Origin: Fimbriosthenelais zetlandica
Taxonomy: Eukaryota
Direction: 5' to 3'
DNA length: 64,000 bases
NCBI GenBank assembly: GCA_977030845.1
Contig: OZ365116.1
Coordinates: forward strand, 20,460,001-20,524,000
Below, one piece after another: positions 14,255 to 29,200 of this stretch (positions within the stretch are counted from its first letter, which is position 1; each line of letters begins with the position of its first letter). The translations under genes were made by a program, and so were the position numbers. The notes below the pieces were generated by a model. It was not told the origin of the DNA. It did not search any database and worked only from the letters and a program-made list of their open reading frames with translations.

Positions 14255-17200
14255 TAGATTACAGGCAGCCCTTAACTAAGATTAGTTTTAGACAATATCA
14301 CAGTGAGTTTAGTAGCCACTACCTTGCCATGTTCATCTGCCGGAGTCGTGTGAATTGATGAAGGTGATGAATGCTGCACTTCACACGTCCTTGAAGGCCG
14401 TCGTGTTGCCACTGTCCTTGTGATCAAGAAGGCTTTCATCCCTCTTCACATTTATCTGGACATGTCGGGGATTTTTGCATGTGCTGGCTTCCAGCCCTGT
14501 CCTTGACCTCTGACTAAGAAGATTAGTAGCAGGACGAGGAAGCAATAAATCATGTGTCTTCTTCACTCCCTGATCTTAAATACACAGATTTGCGACGGAG
14601 GCCAAATGTAGGATGTGACTGAGAAATTGAAGGTAGATGTTAAAGGCCTACTGTAGTCTCTGAATGGCTAATGCCTGACAAGGATACAGGCCAGCTTTGT
14701 CTTGCTAGCTCACCTTCCCAGGTGGCACATTTATCTGATGTTGACTGAATCCTATCCACCGTGTGCCACTGGTGAACAAATTAATTTTCATCTATCATGT
14801 TATCTATCATATAGGAAGTATAGACCTAAAAAGATGTAACACAAAGCAGGGATACTAATGAAGTTAGCTGCACCTGGGCCTTCTTTCTCCTCCTTCCGTA
14901 TGAAACTTCCTGTGTAAGTGAGAGGCGGAATTGCATGTGCCTGGTCTCCTCCAAGAACAATTGCTTTCTTGTGTACCAGCTCGGCTCCTTCCTCGTTAAT
15001 TCCAAGGGCACTGTTCAAATTCATATCTCTTTATTTCTATAGCAGAAGCCGGGTCTTTCATATTATAACGACCTATAATGACCTGGCTTGTGATAGTATA
15101 GCAATACTGTAGTTTTTCTACCAGAAAGTAGGCCTACGAGCACACTCTAATGTCAGATTCTACCAGACCAATAGAGTATCATGGTTAAAGTGTGGGGCAG
15201 AGAAGAAAATTGACAAGTTAATCGTTCACCGCCTGGTCATCACTGACTCAGCCGTCTTCCTCCTCTATTATTTAACATATTTTTGACACTCTCCATGACC
15301 TTCTCATCCCACGCCTTTTACCCTGTCGTACATGACCTTTGGCTGCATTTCGATTGACCTTCCGGTTACTTTTTATGACCTTCTTGGGGCCATCCTTGTC
15401 CTTTAAGCATTTGTATGATGATTGGACCATCGTTCCAGTCCACCGCCACCTTGAGTATTGTCACGGTGATGCTTGGATCTCGGGGGACCTTTGGCCCCCT
15501 ACATTGAACCCATCCCCTCTCATAATGACCATTTGTCATCTTGATTCTGTCTGTTTGGTGGCCTCTTGTGGTCTCCAAATCATGGGTTCCATGGTTCACT
15601 AATCCTGTTCCTTGTGACTAGGGAATGCATGGATATCAATGCATTAATGGAATAATATATCTGTTACAGTTGAATAAATAATGGTTTCATTATGGAATAT
15701 CATTGCAATATAACAATCATAGATGCTCATCTATTTGCTATCATAGACATAGAGCTCTCTGAATGTCTATGTTGGTATGTAGGCTCCAAACTACATTTGA
15801 TCTAAAAGCATTTGCTCCTTGGATGGGATCAGTAATCGCAAATTGAGATAATCGATAAACACAGAATGTGAGCTGTGGGCTCTTTCTTTGCTGAAGAAAG
15901 TAGTGTTTGTTGATGTAAGACCAGCTCATGGTGCTATGTGGTTTATAGTATTTATTTTCTGGAACTGGAGCGTTGTAAATGGAACTGCTCGCTTCAGTCA
16001 ACAAACCGTACACCCACCAGCTTATGTCACCTGTCATTTTGACCCACGTTCATCGTAAATCCAACGGAGATCCATTTACTGAATCTTTGGCACGTCTATT
16101 TAAACATTAAAACAGGAGAAGAAATATCACGCATTTACCGTTTACATGCCACCATTCCTTTGGGGTCTGATACTTTTGAAATCTATATGTACATGCATGC
16201 ATGCAAAGAATCTAGGTTAAAATCATGCCATGTACATTTAAGAGACTCAGATATATCGCAGTGATAACGAAAGCAATTACGAAGGAAACTGATCTGTTAC
16301 TTGGCCACACGCAAGGCCTCACAGCCTTGTGTTCTTCCCATGCATGTTTATATGTGAACGTCTCTTGGGACCGTGTTGCATGGACAGGTAGAATCCCACC
16401 AATATACAGACATGTGTTACTATTACCCATCTCTTCACCCATCCTATCTATAATTCAAGACTTTGTTGATGACACTAAACGCATATTTGCTCTTGTCATT
16501 GCACGCTTTGAATCATATATACCCTTCAATTATATGCTGTTATTGTTCCCCAAAGCGGATCACTGCTACGAAATTCACATTATCACAGTTGATATGTGAT
16601 ATGGTCCTTCCCTATCTCCCAAGCCTTCATTTACAGACAAATTCAAAGAATGGTATTTCCTACTTGATTATTGAAACCATAACAAAAAACTTTAAATACG
16701 CAAGGAGTCTTACACCAAAAACGCATCCCTCAACAAATTGGATATCCCTTATATGGTCTCTTATCTTACATGCCCAGATTAAGATGTGTTTTTGTTGTAA
16801 AAGGTAGAAGTTGAAGATTGTATTTCTATTTGGATATTATAGAGATGATTTTTCCACCAGAAGCACTAGCAGGGCTATTACCTCTTCCGAGACTTCTCCC
16901 AGGCCCCTGGCACCCAATAAGCATTGCCTACCCACCATCCAATATTTGTTCACATATTGCCATTGCAAACAAATGATCGTACACATATATGCTCATTGCC
17001 TATCCCTGCACCTCCCTGCTACCGCCATTGCCTTGTTGAAAACTGGCCGGATGTCACTTTGGGCACGGGCTGATTCCCATGCTATCCAAACACAACTTGA
17101 ATAAGCTAACATTTGCCGCGTTGATTTGGTTAATGCATTGCACATTGTGACGGTTTTGTGGCCCCATGCATGGCATGTGGTATTTGGCTTGATACGGTCT

Positions 17201-20200
17201 TAATCCACAATAGATCACCGCTTACAGGATGGCAAATGTATGGTTTTGTTACACTTTGTCTGCTTTTACCAACTGCATCGAGGACATTTGTTGCAATATT
17301 CCTGACCACTAAATCCCATACAAGTAAATGTATTCCCCATACCACTTTCTAGTTACGACATGGTATGTGTGTCATCACCTTTGGGACCGCCTAGTATTGT
17401 GTTATGTTATGAGCAATTTCTTCCAGAAACCATTTAGTAATGAGCATATCTGGGAAGCTTCTGGTAGTATCAACAATCATGGCTGATTTCTGAGTCAACA
17501 TCAGTGTGGGGACATGGATACTGGCAGGGATATAATGTTTTGGGTCACGTTCCACTCATGCTTGTCGGATAACATGTTGTTTGGCAGGATTATGATGCAG
17601 AGATTTGACGAGATTTCTGGTACCTCTAGGGCCTCTCAATTGCAGGAAGGCTTTGCCCAGCAACAGTCCGTTTGTCTTTTACGTATGTTTGTTCAGATGT
17701 GGACCTGTTTTCGACCATACTGAGGCTAGTGTATTCAAATCTGGACCTCTTTTCCAGCATACTAGCAGGGCGTTGTACAACCAAATCATTGCTATGCAAC
17801 GCCCAGCACCTCAGACATGGTCAGTGGATCAATTCAATGTGATATTGTTAATGACATGATAGCATGATTATATAGAATATGCTAGCCACTTATGATGACT
17901 TTTAATACCTTGACCCTGATAATGATCATTTACAGCTATGGCGTCGTCTCATGTCGACTAGCCATGTTCGTGTCCTCCTCCATTACCCTCCAGAGACGAT
18001 GAGAGTCTCATGACCTAATATCATACCATAGTTGGCACCTCCAATATTCAAGTCACATAACTAATTCTCAGATCATCAATCTATTATTCAAGGTAATCCT
18101 CTGTCTAGACTCTGGCTGGTATTCAGTAACCATGGAGGTATCCCCTGGTCTCAAGGCAATTTGTTCTAGAGACATTTGGGAGGAGTTGGAGGGCTTGTTG
18201 GAACATGGCAAAACTAGATGGAGAACGAGCTTGGTTAAAAATACGCTTGTAAGGAGGTGGAGTCAGATCTCATGTGGCAGTAGGGATATTGATGTGCTCG
18301 TATTGGGGTAAGGATTCAGGTCCCAGGCCAGTCGGAGAGGGATTTAATTACTCACTTCTATCAGTTTAGCTCTTCATCATTCCCTGGTGGCCTCTATTGA
18401 TGCGTCCAGGGCGTATCACTGGGCCCAAGACCACTTTTCGTTCTGGACATTACTTATTCCTCTTCTCCTCATCTTCCCTTCCACCTCCCACTACTTCCTC
18501 TCTGCCTCGCATAGCAATCGAAGAAATTTAACTTTGAGGGCCAACAACTAAACCATACCTGATGTGGGGGCTGGTTTTTATTTGATTTTTAGTGCTTTAA
18601 GCATTTAATGTGGACTATAGCGTATAAATGTATGGACTGTATGTGAGAGGGGAATGCAGCCAATTAAGCAGGACTAAAGGGACAGGGTATGTTGAGATGG
18701 GCTGGTGGATAAACGCCCGCTCCTGGGCGCGTTTACCAAGGGACCCAGGCAATTATTCGCTTCATTAGTTCCACATGCTGGGGCTCGGGGTCGCTGTGAG
18801 CAGTGTGAGGTCATTAGGCCTGTTTACCATTCACCGCCGTCTATTGCTCCTCTATCGCCTCCTCAGGCAAAGTAAAAGGAGCACACTTGCTCCCTCCTCC
18901 TTTATTCTACCTTATACATGTATATATACCCACCGCAACCTTTAATAACAAGCTAGTTTTACCTCAGTATGTTGTGAATACTGGGCCCATATTGTCATGT
19001 TTAAAGCGAAGTAACTTATAATTCTATATCATCAAGAAAAGCAGAACTACATGACCTGCATCCTCATTTACTTTGCCAGGAAATGAAATAAAATCTTTCT
19101 TGCATAATGAAGAGCCACTCCACTGTTTATGGAAATCAAATATACAAATCCAAGGGAGCTTCATATGTGAATGGAATTCCAGTGAATGGAATTCTACTAC
19201 CATTGTTCTGTCACATTCACGGCTTCAACAGCACATATATACCAAATCCCACCACCCCTTATACCAATCCCCAACAACCCCCATGACCACCTCTTCCACC
19301 CCCTGATGCCTGGAGGATAAACTCCCAACTCCTCCCACTCTCCCACTCTACTTCCCCTGGTACAAGGCCTGCCAGTTCGACCTCCTCCCGGTCTCTATTT
19401 AATCCCACTGCTCTGCTTCTCACCTTATTTGCTTGTCACAAATTACAAGGGAGTGCACGAACATCCTAAGAAAATCGATGCTTGATTAGAGATGGGCTTT
19501 TCTAAAGATAAGCAGCCCACTTTTAGCCACCGTTTCTTACTGAAATGGGCCAAGTCCATTTGCCAAAGACAAGACATGCCTTGGTTTGAAAGGTTCCATT
19601 TGTGCCAGCCCCAGAGTGCAGGATTTGAGTAATCAAATTAAGAAATCCAACTGTAACTGAAGCTGAGATAGAAAGCTGGTCTTGCTGTCTGTAAGAGCCT
19701 TATATTCGATACCAATCGAGAGAGTGGGAGAGTAGCATGAATAGAAAATATGAATCATATCTTTGGTGTCTGGGATATACATCCCGTGTTTTCTAACAGA
19801 TATATGTTGTGAGTATTATTTCCTCAATATGAGGCAGCAGAGCCCTCAGTGAACTCTCATTGTCTTCCTTCATTGGTGTTTTACGTCACACTACATAACG
19901 TCATCTCCAGCCTCGGACATTGCTTGCCAATGCTGTCATCTCCTGTGGTTTAGTAATCGTATTATGATGTCACGGCTGTCCGCAGCCAGGTCTTATATAC
20001 TCGTTACGGTGAGGGAGGTGAGCCAGCCAGGCAAATCTAATTCTATCTCAAGCTTCCCGTAACCTTCACCCTTACCCGATACTTCTCAAATATTCAGAGT
20101 AAACAAGGCATATCAGATAAAAATAAAACTTTTTGTTTGTCAGCAACGTATGGGTATGCATAATATCCATGAAGCTAGTCACCAGAAAACAAGCTCTCTT

Positions 20201-23200
20201 TGCATGATGGAGAACATTTATTTTCTTTGCTGATAGCGGCCCATTGACCAGCTTCTTCCAAACTTGCTTGTCTGATGAAGTCAAAGCCTGATATGGATTG
20301 ACCAGTGATGGAACTGGGTTTCTTGAATCCTGGCCACACTGACCGAGTTGTTAGGATGTCAAAGTCGTTCCAATGGCTTTATTCCAATTTATTGAACCAT
20401 ACAGATCTCTACAATAAAATGTGATCAAGGACTGTTGTTGACAGCTAGATGTGCATGATGAGATCTGATTGTCCCTTATCCTCTTATGCTAATACCTTGG
20501 AATATTGCCCTTCGATGATCCCCCACATAAACTATGGGATTTTAGACATTTTATTTACCCTCCAACTATTGCACCCTATCTGTATTTTGGTGGCCAGATC
20601 TATAGCTGCTTCCATCAATATCTCAAGATCCAGCGACCAACTTGGCAATATACTTCCATTCATTGCATCTTTGATAACACTATCGATCAAAGCCATGGAG
20701 GATGGGAGCCTTCTCCAGATAGAGAGTGTTTGTCAGCAATAATCCAATAGCTTTCACCTCAGCCAGGTCATCAGAGCGAGTTGCTCATAGCGTCTACTGG
20801 CCAGCCACTCAGGAGTCCATGGGGAGCTGCTCGCCAAGTCAGGCGTGAAACTCCCGAGGCCCGTCCAGCGTATCTAACGTGAGCTCAAAGCTATTTATCC
20901 TGAAGCAAACTACTGGACACTGGTGGACTGAGTATGTGAAGGTGGATAGTGATATCTATAAAATGCATCATTGTTCATTTTCATTTCAATCAGCCTTCTA
21001 TAACTCCGCGTTAGGTGTAAGTCTAGGCACTCAGTATTTTTCTAAGGATTTCTTCATATTCATCAAAGTTTTGAACCCATGTACTACAATGAGAGGCTCT
21101 GATCTAAGAGTTAAAGCAGGTTGCAGGTTGAAAGCGAGCTGTACAGGACACTGGGTCTACTCGTGGGGCAGATTGCACCTCTTGATGTTAGTATGGTCAG
21201 TTCTGATTAGGAATTCAGCACAGATAGGTCAGTAAGGTTGGTTGTGATACATGAGACAGCATTCATATAATGGTACACCTACTGTACAGTCAGCAGCATA
21301 TGTGAGTGAAGTAGGCAGTAAAGTGGGAGGGGAGAGGCTGATGGATGGTCTACTGGAGGTCACATCAGGCTCCGCTTCTCATATATATACTGAATACCCA
21401 ATACCTACATTCTAAGGTTTCCTTTTCATCATTTCATGCTAATTCTTTTACCTTCTTATACTCTACGCCCTTGCGTGCGACAAGCATCAATAAAAGGCAT
21501 CATATTTATATGGCTTTGCCACCACCCTATGGCTATAATGCATGCCTGATATCCTTAATGGTATTTGCATCACCTGAGATGGCATGGTGTGTCCTTGAAA
21601 TTTATGGCATATAAGAGCATGTGCCCAGAGGGTAGGATAGATGTGGGTCAACTGAACACAGTTGAAAATCCATAGCAATTATGTTCCATGCATGTACTGT
21701 AAACTACTAGAATCAGGAATGTATGCCCTTCAATATTCCCCAGTGGATTTCTTGGTTATTGCACACAGAATTAGACTGTAGCAGATTATGGTAGGTGGTA
21801 CTGGGTGGTGACCCTATAGTTGCTTTGCTTTATGACCTTTTTGGAGGCTACATTAGGACTGTCACATGGTGGTGAGCAGGGGCTAAGTGATGTCCCCATA
21901 CATCACTTGATGATGCTGGAGCTGACCCTGAGGTCAATGGATGGCATGGGCAAGGTGCCAAGCCATTATGTGATAGAGGCATGCCCTGCTACAGTACAAA
22001 CGATTGGGTTACCAGCGAAAAGTTTTCGTTCAGCTGGGACTCGTCCTTTATAAATCGAGATGCCAAAATAAAAACTTCTCACATCACACAACAAGCCCAG
22101 TTGCTCTAATTGAACTTTGGTACTGCAAATACTTCTTCTTTACTCGTAAACTGACTCCTACATCAGGATAAAAACTCCTACTGTTCACATTCAATTCACT
22201 GGACTCCCTTGTCAAATCTGAAATAACCATGTTGACTCAGGTAGTAAATGGTGTTTTAGTATAATTGGATGTGCCAAGGCAGTGTGTACTTCCGTGCCAA
22301 AAGAGTCAGTGGTTCTATCCAGGTCTGCATGGGCTCCATCCTACAAATAGCCTCCAACCACGTCTCCATCCGGGCCTCACACAAACCAAAAGGCCAGAAT
22401 GAATAGATAAGATGCTGCAAGAGAAGGCTGCAGGGAAGTTTCTTTTTCATCTTCCTTTTAACTCTCTTGCGGGAGCTGACATGTCGAAGAAAAGAGTATT
22501 CCTCTGACTTTGATATTAAAAAGTTTTGCAAGGATAGTGATAGAGAAATGAAATGAAAATGTTGATTTGGAATGAGAAGCGAAGACTGAATGTGATACTT
22601 CACAGAAATCCTCAGTGATGTTTTGGGGGTTTAATTGGATGAGGATAACCTTGGGTCACCTCCAATAGCATGTCTTCTTCATACTGGAAGGCACAGAGCA
22701 TCATTCACCTACAGGCTTGTATGGCGTATAGGGGGCACAGTGATTGGATACATGACCTTTCCCCCAACCCTGACTTTCATAGCACAAGGCTGCGTTTGGA
22801 AATCTATCTGCAGAATAGAGGAGATAAAAGATACGAGATGACTGTATCATGATGCGGGTTGTAGCATGCGGGTTGTAGGGGAGCAGCAACACTGTGGATT
22901 GTAACAAAGTATTATGCTCAGATTAGAGTTAAAGAAAGGCAATTCATGCATGATGGATTGGATGTTTTATCGTGGTGGACGTAGTATTAGAATGGATGCC
23001 TCAGGTTCTGTAGAAAAGGGGTCATTTAACCCAACTTAGGAGGAACGTGAAGTGCATACAATAAGAAAGTAGAATGAAATCATCCAATGAAAGGACGCAA
23101 GAGTCTGACAACAAATCTAAAGACTCCACAACAATGTCTGTGTTTGGTGGAGACTTAAGATATCGTGTTGCTCTACGTTTGTAGAGGCAAGGCTTTACTG

Positions 23201-26200
23201 TCAGTGATAAAGTCTGACAAGCCCCTGCTAACCAACTTTAGAGTCACATAAAGTATGGATAGATCTGTATTTGAATTTTCAAATACGCTTTCTATGGATC
23301 TGAAGCATTTTGATGAGCCAATCGTTGCATGGCCACCACAATCGATATTGGCAAACATCATGGGCGGTGAAAGATTAATTACCTGTAAAATTTCCACAAA
23401 GGTTAATGAGAAATTAAGAAGGTCAGAAAAACTCGGTCTGAAGCCACTTCTGAAATGCTAGAAGCCACATGTCCAAGGTAATCATTGTGTGGATTCCTGA
23501 CCGTATACCCCGACTATTTAATTAAGCTTTGTGAGGGCAGTGTGTGGTGACAACACATAAGATGGAGATATTGAATGAAGGTGAATATAACACGGACAAT
23601 GATAGAGCAGTTCCCAATGAATCATCACTTGGGTGTGGGCACTATTGGCTGGGAACTTCAAAATGTTAAGGGCAAATTACATAACAAGTTGGGAAAGCCT
23701 TTCATGATAAGCACAGTTATTGTTAGTCCAAAGAGGCAAAAAATGTAAGCAAAATGTCATGCAATGGCGATGGCACACATGACTGCACCACATTAAAGAG
23801 TTGGTAACACAATTTATGCTGCACTGCCCTCTGGCATATCAGCACTATAACCACAAACTATAGCTCGTCATCGAGAATTGCTGACCAATTTCGATGCATT
23901 GGATGATTCATTTGATTTGTGCTACTTTGTGCTAAGGATATATGAAAATAGTATCTGATCAATGTGGATTGTCGGTGGCCATGTTGATGAACATTTTTAC
24001 ACTTCCAAGTTACGTCTAAGTGGGTTATAAGGTAGTGTGCCATTTACCTATGGGGGATAGCCTACTGCACTTACCCAGACACATGAACCCAAATCTTCGT
24101 GTTTAGCTTTTCAGCATTCAAAGACTTGATGCACCTTATACCACCTCCCCTTATGCAGCAAACACGCGATTAAGTGGCAGATTAAAGAGAAAGCAGTGAA
24201 AACTGACCCAATCATGCAGAATCCTACTTAATGATCAGAAGATATTGTTTTGCTTCATAAAGCTGGATAAAGGACTTCTGGTACGTTACTTAGACAGAAA
24301 CCCTCTAATATAAAGAAGACACATTTAGAAAATCAATACCTTTGTCCTATCTATATTTACTTGGATAAAGTTCATCTCTGCTATCTTCAATTTGCAAGAG
24401 AACCAATAGAAAGACCCATAATCGCGATGAAAGAAGTGAATTTATCAGCTATTATTATTCTATAAATTGCTGTGTGTATGCACAGAGTTTTTGTGTTACT
24501 GGGGGGCATGTAAATGAACTATTACATGATAGCTATTATAGTATGACCGCTGACGGTGTGTTTCCTCTCATCGTGATATTACCCTGGCATGCAGACACCA
24601 CAATATTAAACTCCAACCAACCTTTTCCATCATCTTTTGTCATCCAACCCAGCAAAAATACAGAAGGAATAGATCAGAGATGTATGAGTTTTAGGTTGAC
24701 TCATAAAGGTTAGGTTAGCCTTTTAGAAGCGCCTAACTTGATCAAAAGTGAAAGGCGGGCATCCTCCTGTATCAGGATTCCTTGCCTGCTGGAGATACTA
24801 ATGGAAGGGTTGTGTTCCAGTTCACCTCATTCCTAACCAACCCATACAACCCCCTCCTGTACCACTAGAGAAGGGGAACCAAAAGGACTCAAGAAGCTCC
24901 AAGGACTGAGGAAACTGGAGAATAAATCATTAAAATGACTAGTACCCAGAGGCCTGTGAAACAGCCAGGCATGCTATTGGGTGAGTTTCCCTCAGCTATT
25001 TACCCCTGATAGTTTGATGGATGATCTGTAGATACCAGGGGGTGGTGGGAATAAAGATGCTGTGGTAGAAGGGTGTGAGACAACCCATAGAAAGGATGGT
25101 GTACAATGGTAGTCATAAAACTAGATATACCGCTTACTGAGAAGCAATATCTCACCAAGGTCACAAGGGTTACATCCAACCTCTATACATTTCTAGATAG
25201 AAATGTTACCATAGCTGACTGAATAGTGAGCTTTTATACGGCCAACTTTGTATATAATAAATGTGCTGTGCCATGTTTTACAGCGTGACTTGGTATTTTA
25301 AAGGATGTTTTATGAAGTGTTTTTCTTCACATTTCTCTTGGTGAATATGGTCTGAATTCTTAAGCTCCCTTGACATGAATACATGTACAACAGCTGGTTG
25401 GCATGCTAATACAAAGCGTGGTATACTAATACTAAAAGCTTACTTCAGACCACTTGTATTCAGCTCCTCATCCAATGAGAGTTCACCGCTCTTCAAGGAC
25501 TGTAAGCGTATTGCTCTGTGCAGCTTTCTGCTATAAAAAGACCACAGATCCTTTATTGAATAGAGCAGGTGTGCTGTCCAAAGGATGCTGGCCTCTGTCT
25601 TCATTCATAAGAGATGGCACTTTATTCCCTTAGAGCAATAAGGGACACGGCTTAGAACAGGACATAAATGTTCTCCTGGCATATCTTCTCATTAGGCCAA
25701 CACCTCTGTGCAGTTTTCAATTGCCTCCCCGGTGGTAACTGTCATGGCAAAGAGCTATGTTACTTATATAAAGTGTACAGAACGCTGAACACTACACAAG
25801 AATTCTTAATATGCTTTAGAATTGGGGAGGATATACTTCTTCCCATTAGAAGACAGAGTTGTTTGTGGCATTTAAATAATTGCCACTCTGACTGCATAGA
25901 ATGGATGAGGATTGAGTATGAACAAATAGACTGTAGGAAAACCTCATATATGTAGGAACAAAACAGACCTGCTGGTGTTGATAGAGTCCTTTAGCAATAC
26001 CTTTAGCAGAAAAGCTTCATCTCGGGAGAGTCTGAAAATGCAATATGGTTGCTGTCAGTGGCAAATGGTAAAACTAAGAGCTACTGGGTTGCATGAAGGT
26101 AATCTCATGCTTTTCCTATTCATTCATCAGTTTAATATGAGGCAGTGATAGTGCAGCAAATAGCCAACCGTGGAGAGAATGCTAACAGCCTAATAAATGC

Positions 26201-29200
26201 ATTAGTCTGGGCGCTGGGCGCATTAGTCTGGGAGCCCGGGGCATCACAAACCGGGCGCCAGCGCCCATTATGGTGAAGTTCCATTACTGTAAAAAAAAAT
26301 AGAAAATAAAAAAAAGCTAGGTACAGCAAAGTGATTACAAAGTCCTGTTTATTCATGTCCATGAAATTCTGTTAAGTGTTTTGGTTCTGTCTGTGTGTTG
26401 GATGCTGGTGATAATTATGTTAATGTTAGGAAAACAATGAAGGGCTATTTAGTTTGCTGTTGGTTGAGGCATGTGTAAGCAAGCTGAAAGACTGAAAAAC
26501 CTAAAGGATTTTGGTTTTGATGTACTATATCTGTACGGGAGTATGAAGTGATCTTTCAATGTATTTTCACAGACACGGAGAACCAGAGATTGTGAGAGGG
26601 CTTTGTTTTTGTCTTCTCTCTGGGGACTGAGTGGGGCAAGAAGGATTTTGTATGGGGGTTTATTTGCGCTTACGTTGAATCCTGTAGGGACGATTCCCTG
26701 TCTCTGCTTGGTGACATGGTGATTAAGAAGACTGTGTGATAACAGAGATTGAAACTGCAATAGATCCATTTCACAAAACAAAAATGCAATAGATCCATTG
26801 GTTAAAAAGAAGAAGGTGTTGGTCGGCTGGCATACGGGCTCTGTCATGTGTGTTGGGGTGTTGGTGATATTGATCCTTCTTCAAACGATGCTGAATCCCT
26901 GATAAACATGGGAAATCCTCTGTGGGTTTTGCCTTAATTAGAAATTAAGAACACATGCACATAGTACGTGAACCTTAAAGTAACTTCCAATGATACACCT
27001 AAACAGACAGGGATTTATTTTATCGAACATATTGCAACCATTTCCTTGCTTGTAAATCTAAATAGCCGAATTGCACTTATAGACCATTATACTATACTTC
27101 TGTGTCATCATTCAGCTATAGATAAAGCTATTAGTTTTAGTATGTCCTCTGGTTGTGGTTTGAACTTTTCTGACCTATAGAAGTAAGACCAGTGTATACA
27201 CGGCCTATTATTGTTACTGCCAGCATGTCATCATGAAGTGCCATCAGTATTGTAAATCCTTCCATAATCCAGGAGGGCCAGCATCCGGCCAGGCTGTGCA
27301 GACATAACCAAACACCCATCATGGCAATCTGTGGCTATTGAACGCCCATTATGACGCTAGCCTTCTACAATCTCATCCAATCACCCGCCAGCTATTTTCC
27401 ACCCGTATAAGCCAAGGCACACCCCATACTTGTTCCATTGGATATTTCCCACCGTCCGACACATATTTCCCCCGCCCAACCCAGCCATATCAAGGTTTCC
27501 ATTCTATATAACAGTATGGGACATGGACATAGTTCCTTATTCAGCCTAGAACAGCCTTGTTTGGACGTCAATTGATTTCTGGCATTGTTACAAAAGCTAA
27601 AAAATGACATGAGGGGGTTTGCTTCAACAGGCATGGTAGCGGATAGATCGATACTAAAATCATTAGCTGGGAGAGGAGGTTGGTTTGGGCGTGTGCTTGT
27701 CTTGCAGTCCAACTTCCCCTCTTCTGGTCATAGTGTTTCCCATTGGTTATCATTCCTTCCGACACTTGTTTTACACAAGTTTTCTTGTTCTCCTGAATGC
27801 TGAAGAGTTAAGCAATCAAGGCAATCGATAGCTTCAGTTTTAGATTCCACGTTTCCCAATTGAATTGCAAAGATTGACTTTCTGGAAGGTCCTTCAGTGT
27901 GGAAGGGCAGACGGATTTTATATGGAGGCGAGTTGCATGATTATGGTTCTATAGGCCCAGACATTGTTTTTTGTTATTTAAATGCAAATATTGATCATAC
28001 TGGAGCCAAATTGGATTTTCTGCCGATGTTTTTATCAAGTTTGGAAGAGCCATTCTTTCCATTGGTAAGCATGCTCCTCTATACAGCAAATACCGATTAT
28101 AGGAGGTTCTACATGTGTTCTATTATTTAGTTCTGTAAAATCAGATTGGGTTATCCAATACAGGACCCTCCTGTAAAATCTACTTTAACAGGGAGTCCTG
28201 TTTCTTGCGCCCCTCAATGAGTGACTATAAATAGCCCAAGGGGTGACATCACTAATGATACGAGTCTAAAAATATCCTATTTTCATGATATAAAACACAT
28301 CTCTCTGCAGGATAACTGGAGAACATCCCTGTATTATTTAAGCTTTAAGTTGCTAATGATAAACCCAGGTCAAAAACACCATCGGGTGCGAATATATCAA
28401 TATAGGTGCCAGTATCATTAACAAGGTTGATGATCAGACCAAAGGGACTTGTTAATGGGCTTTATCACCACATTAAAATTCTCTCCTCTATATTCCCAAA
28501 ATCACTCCCTTTTTATTAGCAAACCTTACCGCCCTAACCATAGTCACTGTGATTTTCAGGGCTATTATTAGTAGGAAACGAGGGCTGTAACCGTGGAATA
28601 CTGTCTTAGTGGGAGTCTGTAAATAGGGCCAGTGATGACCACTGACCTTGATTGAACCTCGGGTTACTGGGTGTACCTTCGCGGGTCTATGTAAGAAGCG
28701 TCCCAGTGACCGAGAGGTCATGGAAATATCATATTTCCTCCTTACGAGGCAAAGATGAGAGGCCAGAATGGCATCGTACACATTAAGTTAGGAAACCCGA
28801 GTAGATGGGGACTGACTTTGAAGCTGTTTGTAAATGACTATAGCCGCATGCAGGAATAATTGGCTACCATAGAAGGCGGAAGTTAAGGCCTATACCTGAT
28901 GCCATTTCTTCTCTACGATTCAAACTATAGATCCCCGGTAATCTCTCCTGACGACTAAACTCTTTCAGATATAAAGTTCAGATTTGATGAATCTGTTTTC
29001 TATACGAGTACCAAAGACCAGATGTCCTGAAATATGAGCAGGCATATTAATGTTTGTCGTTAATGTCACAAAACCTTGTGACATATAGGTATGGCAGCAC
29101 GAAGCCAAGCCTGGGTAGTGAAACTCCCCATGTCCTACTAGTCATTTCTCCCCTCTTCATGGCCACTTGCCATTAGACCAAGTAGTTATTCATGGGCTGC

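Noticed and set aside
16225-16599. FVDDTK as a reverse transcriptase (F/Y)ADD-like motif
   Set aside because: No upstream QG/PQG motif or other RT blocks; too short to support a LINE remnant.
21820-22053. ORF containing MGKVP, possible missing TULP4 first exon
   Set aside because: No flanking LSW, GWLA or NLRGH motifs and no suitable phase-0 donor; chance match.
22852-22878. Tandem ATGCGGGTTGTAG duplication (similar short duplications at about 35020 and 11948)
   Set aside because: Two-copy microduplications are ordinary slippage products; no spacer structure, so not CRISPR-like.
28155-28200. Short imperfect hairpin ACAGGAC...GTCCTGT
   Set aside because: About 16 bp with several bulges; expected by chance in 64 kb.
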